IMG/VR virus record: IMGVR_UViG_3300036868_000046
Coordinates: 14,783 to 78,782 of that record
Reading direction: 5' to 3' (one strand)
Length of the DNA: 64,000 nt
Origin: a virus
Taxonomy: Duplodnaviria; Caudoviricetes
Shown: one piece after another, positions 26,185 through 32,797 of the stretch
Layout: every line of letters begins with the position of its first letter
Numbering within the stretch: position 1 is the stretch's first letter
Program-made: the position numbers and the translations under genes
The notes under the pieces: generated by a model
The model's input: the letters and a program-made list of their open reading frames with translations, nothing else
What the model was told of the DNA's origin: nothing
Database searches by the model: none

Positions 26185-26633
26185 GGTCCCTCGTCTTCGT
26201 CGTCCTCGGGATCTTCTTCGTCGTCCTCTTGGGGCTCCTCTTCCTCTTCGGACTCCGCCCCCTCTTCGGGCTCATCGAGCGTGATGTCCTCGAGCAGAGA
26301 CTCGGCCTTGGACGCCAGGTCCATCCAGACGCCCACCGCGGCGACCGCCTGGGGGTCGTGCGCCACGCGTTTCTTGAGGTCGAGCATGAGCGCCCGGCCG
26401 GACACGATGAGCGCGGCGAACACGGCCGCACTGTCCGCGTGCAACACGTCCTCGCTGCCCTCGGCGAGCGCCGCGATCGTCGCGTCGATGTCGTCGATCT
26501 CTTCGAGCATCGACCCCACGAAGGGGAGAAGCTCGTCGGCAAGGAACTGCCGGACGTCCGAGGCGGGCACGAGCGGCCCATTGGGTAGCCGCGCGACCAC
26601 GGCTGCGAAATCGGTCTTGAGTTGGTCAATCAT
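26181..26633 (-). CDS. Hypothetical protein with poly-acidic tail
   Basis: GGAG RBS; tail EEEEEPQEDDEEDPEDDEDEGP. Confidence 0.65.
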   Translation of the reverse strand: MIDQLKTDFAAVVARLPNGPLVPASDVRQFLADELLPFVGSMLEEIDDIDATIAALAEGSEDVLHADSAAVFAALIVSGRALMLDLKKRVAHDPQAVAAVGVWMDLASKAESLLEDITLDEPEEGAESEEEEEPQEDDEEDPEDDEDEGP

Positions 26634-27121
26634 GGGGTCTCCTTGGGGGTCAGTGTCTCTTGAACGGAGCGATCGAACTCATCCGCCTCCGCACGAAGCT
26701 CGGCGTAGGCCCTGTCCCATGCTTGAACGAGCGCGGTATGGGACCTGAACTGCTTGGGGTCGGCGCACTCGTAGCGGTTGCACCGAAGGACCGGCGTGGA
26801 TCCCAGCGGGATCTCGATGCCCGGCGTGGGGTAGCAGTAGTGGTGATGCTCCTCGTGGAACACCGGCAGCGCCGTCACCACGGTCCCATCCGGCGTCACA
26901 CGCGCGAACCGCGACGCCGGCAGTCCATGGACCGGGAGGAGCACGCCGCTCGGCGTCGCAGCGTCTGCCTGGATGATGAAGTGATGGTAGTGCGAGCACC
27001 CGGCGGTGCAGAGCGACGGCCGCGGCCGGATCACGTCGCTCGACGAGGCGGTTGGTTGATGGTCTGGCGGCAGGTCGTCATCGTCATGGAGGTCTAACCT
27101 TGGCACCCTCCCATCATGCAC
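26630..27121 (-). CDS. Hypothetical Cys/His-rich protein (start uncertain)
   Basis: CTAGCSHYHH...CY...CNRYEC; overlaps next gene by 4 nt. Confidence 0.5.
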   Translation of the reverse strand: MHDGRVPRLDLHDDDDLPPDHQPTASSSDVIRPRPSLCTAGCSHYHHFIIQADAATPSGVLLPVHGLPASRFARVTPDGTVVTALPVFHEEHHHYCYPTPGIEIPLGSTPVLRCNRYECADPKQFRSHTALVQAWDRAYAELRAEADEFDRSVQETLTPKETP

Positions 27122-27238
27122 ACCTCAGTGGGAACTGCGTGGCGATTGCATGGGGATTCGATGGGAATTTCATGGGGGATCTGCGCACCTCCCTTGGCCA
27201 TGGGGCTGCCTTCCATGGCCAGCACCCCACAGGTAGAC

Positions 27239-27610
27239 GGCCTAACGGTGACACCAGCGGACGTGAGGCGCCTCATTTTCGCCCCGTTAGGGGCCTCACG
27301 GAGCCACCGTTAGGCGCCTCACGATGAGGTAATTCTACCGTTAGGGCGCCTCACGGTCGCCCAGGGCAGGCTAACCGCCCCACAGGGGCCAGGAGGGGCC
27401 AGGAGAGGCCCCCCAGCGCCGCCAGGCCCGCGCCGGGCCAGTCCCCCGGACTCGCGCCGGGGCCAACCCCAAGGCTCGCCCTGGCGACCTGGGCACCGTT
27501 AGGCGCCTCACGGTGAGGAATTCCTACGCGTAGAACGCGACGCGGCTCAAGTACGCGAACTCCCACGAGGTGCCACCCGGACTTCCCAGTGAGACTCCCC
27601 TACGCGTAGG
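27239..27610. promoter_or_regulatory. Cluster of imperfect palindromes in the divergent switch region
   Basis: CCGTTAGG(G)CGCCTCACG(G)-like units at 27284, 27307, 27338 and 27496; TGAGGCGCCTCA at 27264; CTACGCGTAG at 27524 and 27600. Confidence 0.7.
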
Positions 27611-27732
27611 GACGGACCCGGTTTCATAGTGAGGTCAGGCTGCAAACGCTTGAAAGCTTCAAGGCTGGATCTGGCAAGCTCGATGCAATACCGTTCTTCG
27701 ACCGGGCGAGGTTGCCCCGGGAAGGAGACGAG

Positions 27733-27954
27733 ATGCTGAATCTGGTGAGCTTCGAATCGTGGGACGACGTCCTCGCCGCCGCTCGGCGCGGCGATCGACT
27801 CTGGTACCACGCGCCACTCGACACCGCACCCCGGGCCATCGTGGTGCAGACGGTGTTCGAGAACGGCAAGATCCGCATCGATCCGATGTCCGCATCCGCA
27901 GACAACTTCACCGCGGACTGCGGCCATTTGCCCCGCTTCCGGCGCATGGGGTAA
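27733..27954 (+). CDS. Hypothetical early protein
   Basis: AAGGAG RBS, 73 aa. Confidence 0.6.
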   Translation: MLNLVSFESWDDVLAAARRGDRLWYHAPLDTAPRAIVVQTVFENGKIRIDPMSASADNFTADCGHLPRFRRMG

Positions 27955-28237
27955 CCCTCCGCCCCCCCCGGTCGTGAGGGTTCGGCGAGCGCCCGACACA
28001 CGTCGGGATCTCGCCAAGGTCTCACGGTCTCTCTGACAACCGAATAGCCCGAGACTCACGCCAGAGCAGCATTCCCCGGTGTCGCGCATGCCATGCGCGC
28101 ACCGGGCGCAGTCGAAACGCCGGACCACTCCCTTACCCGGAGCGCCGTGCTGCCGCGGACGTGGTCGTGAACGGGCAAGCAAGTTGTGACTTGCGAGAGC
28201 GGCGCGCGCCGATGCGCGCCCCTCATGGAGGTTACAA

Positions 28238-28516
28238 ATGAGAGTGCGCTTTCCGAGCATCGCCGATGTCGCGCAGAACTTGCGCGACATCAATGCCAAC
28301 GTCGAGGGGGAGTGCGACGTTCGGCTGTGCGTCTGGACAGATGGCACGTGGTGCGTGCGCTGGGGAGATGTGCAGTTCGATCCCAGCAGCGCCCCGTACT
28401 GTGGGGCCAGCGGTGTTCCCGGTGTCGTCGGCGGCAAGGTGCAGCGGTTCGACGCGCGCGCGATCGCGCGCGATCTGCTGGACCAGTGCGCAGAAATGCG
28501 CGCCCAGGACGAGTAG
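28238..28516 (+). CDS. Hypothetical early protein; its stop codon begins hammerhead 1
   Basis: GGAGG RBS; TAG at 28514-28516. Confidence 0.7.
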   Translation: MRVRFPSIADVAQNLRDINANVEGECDVRLCVWTDGTWCVRWGDVQFDPSSAPYCGASGVPGVVGGKVQRFDARAIARDLLDQCAEMRAQDE

Positions 28517-28577
28517 GCGAAACCGCGCCGAGCGCGGTCTGCAGGCCACCCCAAACCCTGCACTGACGAGCCTGGGG
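28514..28577 (+). ncRNA. Type II hammerhead ribozyme 1 (predicted cut after 28539)
   Basis: taggc-GAAAC-cgcg..cgcg-GTC-tgcagg..cctgca-CTGACGA-gcctg; loop I CCCCA pairs with tail TGGGG. Confidence 0.9.
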
Positions 28578-28588
28578 AGAACCTCGCA

Positions 28589-28657
28589 ATGTCCACAAAA
28601 GACTACAACCTCGATCAATCCCAACTACGGGCCAACACAGTGAGATCGCGCTTATGA
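28589..28657 (+). CDS. Possible 22-aa peptide
   Basis: GGAG RBS right after hammerhead 1; its stop overlaps the next ATG. Confidence 0.35.
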   Translation: MSTKDYNLDQSQLRANTVRSRL

Positions 28658-28905
28658 TGGAGCTTCTATGGTCTGAGGGATGGTCCGATGGTGTGACGTC
28701 CGCCGTAGTGTACCAGGCCAAATCCTGGCACGGTGCGTACCGAATCGTCCGCGCGGAGGGCGGATGCCGTGCGTGGTATACGCAATGGCGGGGGGCGTTA
28801 CCGCTGCAGACTATCAAGCTCGGCGATGCCCCGGACATGGGTCGCGCGCGAGCGCTATGCCAGTCTCATGCTCATGCCGTCAGATACGGATCTGACCCAA
28901 GGTAG
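28654..28905 (+). CDS. Hypothetical early protein
   Basis: Its TAG begins the half hammerhead. Confidence 0.55.
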   Translation: MMELLWSEGWSDGVTSAVVYQAKSWHGAYRIVRAEGGCRAWYTQWRGALPLQTIKLGDAPDMGRARALCQSHAHAVRYGSDPR

Positions 28906-28936
28906 GCGAAACCGCGCCGAGAGCGCGGTCTGCAGG
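28903..28936 (+). ncRNA. 5' half of a hammerhead (GAAAC, stem III, GTC, stem I 5' arm only)
   Basis: taggcgaaaccgcgccgagagcgcggtctgcagg, then 7 nt, then a full copy. Confidence 0.75.
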
Positions 28937-28943
28937 TCAGGAG

Positions 28944-29011
28944 TAGGCGAAACCGCGCCGAGAGCGCGGTCTGCGGGGGGGCACCCCTACCCCGCACTGA
29001 TGAGCCAGGGG
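28944..29011 (+). ncRNA. Type II hammerhead ribozyme 2 (predicted cut after 28971)
   Basis: Stem I tgcgggg/ccccgca, CTGATGA, stem II ggc/gcc, pseudoknot CCCCT/AGGGG. Confidence 0.9.
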
Positions 29012-29036
29012 ACAGGCCGACACCAGGAGAATCGCA

Positions 29037-29321
29037 ATGTTCGTCATTGTCTACGCCAATGAGGGCCCCGAACAGGGTACCGTATACCTGAAGTGGGAGC
29101 TTCGTGATAACGAGCCAATGGAGGCGCGCAAGTTCGCCGACCGAGTAGCCGGTTTTTTGGGGACAGAGGTGGTGGAGCCTTCGGGATACATCCCGAACTG
29201 CTGTGGTGATATCAGGGTGGAGTTCACCGAGCACGAGCCTACGGTGGATGCCGATGGGCGCTACCTGGGATCCGTCTGCATATGGAGCGGCGAGAGCTAC
29301 TACTTCTCGCGGGATGCATGA
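29037..29321 (+). CDS. Hypothetical early protein
   Basis: AGGAG RBS directly after hammerhead 2. Confidence 0.7.
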   Translation: MFVIVYANEGPEQGTVYLKWELRDNEPMEARKFADRVAGFLGTEVVEPSGYIPNCCGDIRVEFTEHEPTVDADGRYLGSVCIWSGESYYFSRDA

Positions 29322-29372
29322 AAGCTTACGATGACGGAGGCGGAGTACCACGGGGGCACGGGGCACGTGGAC

Positions 29373-29441
29373 TAGGCGAAACCGCGCAGTGAGCGCGGTC
29401 TGCAGGTGATGACGCCCTACCCTGCACTGATGAGCATGGGC
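29373..29441 (+). ncRNA. Type II hammerhead ribozyme 3 (predicted cut after 29400; weak stem II)
   Basis: Intact core; stem I tgcagg/cctgca; pseudoknot GCCC/GGGC; stem II only 2 bp. Confidence 0.75.
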
Positions 29442-29458
29442 TAAAGAGGAAGTCAACG

Positions 29459-30022
29459 ATGACACCGAAACACAAGCTCTGTGAGGCCATGTCCGAGTAC
29501 GGCCTCACGATGGACTGGACGTTCATCCCATTCCGGGGGGACCGCAAGGAGCGGCGCCTGCAGTGGGATATCACGCTGTATCACAGGAGTGCGCCCAGGA
29601 TCGGGGATGACACCCTCCCAAACGACGTCATCGTAACGAGATACGAGGCAGGGATCGGTCACTGTCCCAGCTACCCCGCCTATGGCGGGGTACCCACCGT
29701 CGCACAAGATTCCGCCATCGATTTCGAGGTGACCACAGGGTACCAGGCCCGCCCGCCACATGGCGGTGGTGCGGGTGACCGATTCGAGCGCGGAGCTCGG
29801 ATCGATCCAGATGTCGCCGAAGTGATGCACAGCCTACTCCTGGATGCGGAGGCGATCGATCACGCCTCGTTCGAGGCGTGGGCGGAGGAGTTCGGCTACA
29901 ACACCGACAGCCGGGCTGCAGAGCGCACCTACAAAGCGTGCCTCCGGATCGGGCTGGCCATTCGCGCCGCGGTGGGCGATGAGGCGTTGCGGGCCCTACG
30001 CTCCGCGGCGGAGGGCATGTGA
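29459..30022 (+). CDS. Hypothetical phage protein
   Basis: GAGGA RBS; LLLDAEAID...FEAWAEEFGYNTDSR.AE.TY..C motif recalled from phage proteins. Confidence 0.75.
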   Translation: MTPKHKLCEAMSEYGLTMDWTFIPFRGDRKERRLQWDITLYHRSAPRIGDDTLPNDVIVTRYEAGIGHCPSYPAYGGVPTVAQDSAIDFEVTTGYQARPPHGGGAGDRFERGARIDPDVAEVMHSLLLDAEAIDHASFEAWAEEFGYNTDSRAAERTYKACLRIGLAIRAAVGDEALRALRSAAEGM

Positions 30023-30228
30023 GACCCGCGAAAAGGTACGAGGTGGTTTGCCTCACATCGTTCGACCACGTCACCCCGGCACAGGAGGTCGAGATATGTG
30101 GTCGAACCAAGGTCATGCCCGAGCAGACCTTCCATTACGAGAATGGCCAGCGGATTGACCTCGGCAGTGCGCGGCGGCGCAAGGAGTTCATGGCGTACCA
30201 TGCCGGGCGTTTTGCCATCGCGGACTAG
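30019..30228 (+). CDS. Hypothetical protein
   Basis: GTGA overlap with the upstream gene; its stop lies inside motif A. Confidence 0.6.
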   Translation: MRPAKRYEVVCLTSFDHVTPAQEVEICGRTKVMPEQTFHYENGQRIDLGSARRRKEFMAYHAGRFAIAD

Positions 30229-30285
30229 GGCCGTTGTGCCCATCGACACCATCACCCCAGCGGTGGTGGATCGACCGACACAACA
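30214..30285 (+). ncRNA. Unassigned structured RNA motif, copy A (pseudoknot plus hairpin)
   Basis: GGGC/GCCC stem, GTTGTG/CACAAC crossing pair and a long inserted hairpin; near-identical copy at 30834. Confidence 0.6.
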
Positions 30286-30300
30286 TCCACAGGACATGAC

Positions 30301-30618
30301 ATGACGAACAAGATCTACAGCATCGTCCACAGCAACGGCATCACCGAGCGGCTGCCAGAGGGCAGCACGTACGCGGACGCGCTCGCCGCCGTCCGCGAGA
30401 CGTACACCGACCCCGAGATCGGTCACGACGGTGACATCGCGGATGGCGGCGATACTACTCTGGTGTGGCGAGACGAGGCGTCCGCCAGGGATGACGACGG
30501 CTGCTTTGCCGTTTGCTCGATCCGCGTGTCGCACCCCGAGCCGCCAGGCCGAGACGATCAGTCCGACATGCCAGAATTCATGCCCGTCCATGGACAGGGC
30601 TACGTGCGGCGAGCCTAG
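30301..30618 (+). CDS. Hypothetical protein; paralog of 32441..32713
   Basis: LP.GSTY.DAL..VR..YT...IGHDGDI..GG..TL.WRDE..A..DDG..AVC.I shared with 32441..32713. Confidence 0.75.
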   Translation: MTNKIYSIVHSNGITERLPEGSTYADALAAVRETYTDPEIGHDGDIADGGDTTLVWRDEASARDDDGCFAVCSIRVSHPEPPGRDDQSDMPEFMPVHGQGYVRRA

Positions 30619-30633
30619 GCGGACCAGCCGACC

Positions 30634-30822
30634 ATGCGGCGCGAACAATTGGACTCGTGGGTCCTGGCCCTGTGCAGCGAGGCGATGGCCGTCGACCCGA
30701 TCGCCACCGAGTGCGTGATCCGCGCACTGACCGGCGGCCACGAATCGTTTTGCCCGCAACCACATCCCTCCGAGCGCCTCCATCGTGCCGCCGCTGCATT
30801 TCTGAGGATCGCCCGCCTCTGA
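30634..30822 (+). CDS. Hypothetical protein
   Basis: 62-aa ORF between 30618 and motif B. Confidence 0.5.
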   Translation: MRREQLDSWVLALCSEAMAVDPIATECVIRALTGGHESFCPQPHPSERLHRAAAAFLRIARL

Positions 30823-30833
30823 CTCGGCGGCAC

Positions 30834-30904
30834 GCCATCGCGGACTAGGGCCGTTGTGCCCATCGACACCATCACCCAACGGTGGTGGGTCGACCGACAC
30901 AACA
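30834..30904 (+). ncRNA. Unassigned structured RNA motif, copy B
   Basis: Differs from copy A only in the hairpin loop and one position that improves pairing. Confidence 0.6.
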
Positions 30905-30918
30905 GCGGATCAAACAAC

Positions 30919-31338
30919 ATGACTAGCCATCGCGACCTCTATTTCCGGGGCAAGGCGGTACTCCCTCCGACGCAGCCCTCGGCGCCCGCCCCGGCATCCC
31001 TGCGCCGCGCTCCCGCGCACGAGCGCCACCCCCGAACGGTTCCGACACATCCCGCACGGCAGATGTCCCCACTGTGGGCGCCGAGTCCACAATCCGCCGA
31101 GGTCCGCCTGGCCGACCTCGAGACTGCCCGGGTGGTGGTCCGACGCGCCAGCCTCGCCTACGCCATCCCGCCCATCGCGCCGGAGGCGCCGGTGTCGCAC
31201 CCGGCGTATGTCCACGGAGAGGACCTCACCGCGCGAGATCACCGTGAGCCTTTCACGCTCGTGCGCGCGATGGGGTACGTTCTCGCTGTGGGCGCCCCTG
31301 GCGCCGGGCTGCTCTGGATGCTGATCCACCGCCTATAG
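30919..31338 (+). CDS. Pro-rich protein with C-terminal TM
   Basis: ATG right after motif B; its TAG begins hammerhead 4. Confidence 0.6.
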   Translation: MTSHRDLYFRGKAVLPPTQPSAPAPASLRRAPAHERHPRTVPTHPARQMSPLWAPSPQSAEVRLADLETARVVVRRASLAYAIPPIAPEAPVSHPAYVHGEDLTARDHREPFTLVRAMGYVLAVGAPGAGLLWMLIHRL

Positions 31339-31402
31339 GCGAAACCGCGCGGGCGAGCGCGGTCTGTGGGGGCTACCCCTACCCACACTGATGAGCCAGG
31401 GG
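31336..31402 (+). ncRNA. Type II hammerhead ribozyme 4 (predicted cut after 31364)
   Basis: Stem I tgtggg/cccaca (compensatory changes), CTGATGA, pseudoknot CCCCT/AGGGG. Confidence 0.9.
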
Positions 31403-31416
31403 ATTCAGGAGATCAC

Positions 31417-31632
31417 ATGCTCAAGGTCACGCAACGCATGATCAATGCCGTCGCCATCGCGACGGATGAGGCGAATCGCAAGATCGCCGCGGAACTGAAC
31501 ACATGGACCACGGGCCCCCGTGCCGGGTCCCAACAGGCCAAGGTCGGCACGCACCGCAGCGTGAAACACTATCGGCGCACGCTCGTCTCTCGTCACCCCG
31601 AGGTCACGGACGCGGCCAGGGTGAAGCTGTGA
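31417..31632 (+). CDS. Hypothetical early protein
   Basis: AGGAG RBS right after hammerhead 4. Confidence 0.65.
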   Translation: MLKVTQRMINAVAIATDEANRKIAAELNTWTTGPRAGSQQAKVGTHRSVKHYRRTLVSRHPEVTDAARVKL

Positions 31633-32066
31633 AGGTCACCACCCGTGAACAGTTCATCGCTTTGTTCGGCCGCGGGCGGCCGGAGGCGATGGAGTTCGAG
31701 AACTCCGTCATTCAGGCCATCGAGCGCGAGCATTTGCCGGACGACGCGCTTGCTGTGGTAGATGGTGGCGATGGTTCCGCGGCGTATTGGGACTGGCTCG
31801 CGAGCCAGGTCGAGCCGCAGTGCACGTGTGAATGCGGTAAATGGTCTGGGACGCGGTGCCGTTGGGGAGGACAGCGGTCCGACACGGTCATCGTGGAGTT
31901 CATGCCGGAGGCCCTCCGGGCGAGCCACGTCGCCGCTGGAAACAGCGGCACGTACCCCCACAACGGGGCGGAGCGTATCCGCGTGTCGCGCGACTGCGCG
32001 CAGTGGATGCGCGAGGAGGACCCGGAGTGGTGCTCCGAAGTTCGCCATCTGGCTCCTCGTCGATGA
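31629..32066 (+). CDS. Hypothetical Cys-containing protein
   Basis: GTGA overlap; CxC...C...C motif. Confidence 0.65.
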   Translation: MKVTTREQFIALFGRGRPEAMEFENSVIQAIEREHLPDDALAVVDGGDGSAAYWDWLASQVEPQCTCECGKWSGTRCRWGGQRSDTVIVEFMPEALRASHVAAGNSGTYPHNGAERIRVSRDCAQWMREEDPEWCSEVRHLAPRR

Positions 32067-32388
32067 CACGTGGGGTGTCGTCCGGTTCGCGGATGGCCGC
32101 GCCGACGTGCGCGCCGCCGTCGAGCGCGTCGCCGAGCTGTATCGCATCGGCGGAACGCCAGAGCAGTTTCGCGCCGCCGCCGCCGACGACGCCAGGGCCG
32201 CCGACGACGCCAGGGCCGCCGACGACGCCAGGGCCGCCGACGACGCCAGGGCCGCCGACGACGCCAGGGCCGCCGACGACGCCGTCGCCAGGGCCGTCGA
32301 CGCCGCCAGTTTCGCCTGGAACTGGGACGCCGCCTGGGTAGTGGCAGCGCGTGACAAGCTCCTTGAACTGCTCGGGGATTGCCCATGA
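32035..32388 (+). pseudogene. 3' fragment of a gene homologous to 63568..>64000
   Basis: 124 bp match 63877-64000 with 3 mismatches; no in-frame start with RBS of its own. Confidence 0.65.
32182..32283 (+). repeat. 18-bp tandem repeat gccgacgacgccagggcc (5 copies plus a partial; encodes ADDARA)
   Basis: Directly visible. Confidence 0.95.
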
Positions 32389-32440
32389 CCACCCGCCCGC
32401 CCGGCCAAAGCGGACCAACGCCCGAGCTACAATAGGACGC

Positions 32441-32713
32441 ATGAAAAACTACCGAATCATCCATAGCCACGGGCCAGTCGAGGTGCTGCCGGCGGGCAGC
32501 ACGTACCAGGATGCACTCGACAGAGTTCGCATGGCCTATACGCGTGCCGTCGTTGGTCACGATGGCGATATCTCGCAAGGCGGGCAGGTGACGCTCGCGT
32601 GGCGAGACGAGGAGACCGCCGCGGCGGACGACGGTAGCCGCGCAGTGTGCATGATCACGCTGCATACCGTAGACGTGCCCGCGGTGATCGCCCTCTGGAT
32701 GTTCTCGTTCTAG
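32441..32713 (+). CDS. Hypothetical protein; paralog of 30301..30618
   Basis: TACAAT-N7-ATG; its TAG begins hammerhead 5. Confidence 0.75.
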   Translation: MKNYRIIHSHGPVEVLPAGSTYQDALDRVRMAYTRAVVGHDGDISQGGQVTLAWRDEETAAADDGSRAVCMITLHTVDVPAVIALWMFSF

Positions 32714-32778
32714 GCGAAACCACGCGATTCTTGCGTGGTCTGCGGGGCATGCCCTACCCGCACTGAAGATGCCAGGGC
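32711..32778 (+). ncRNA. Type II hammerhead ribozyme 5 (predicted cut after 32740; extra U after CUGAAGA)
   Basis: Stem III cacgc/gcgtg (compensatory), stem I tgcggg/cccgca, pseudoknot GCCCT/AGGGC. Confidence 0.8.
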
Positions 32779-32797
32779 CAAAAAGGAAGAGAAGAAC

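Noticed and set aside
30214-30904. Assigning the motif to the pistol or HDV-like ribozyme class
   Set aside because: It lacks the pistol A-rich linker and full loop pseudoknot, and lacks the HDV P3/L3/P1.1 core; left unassigned.
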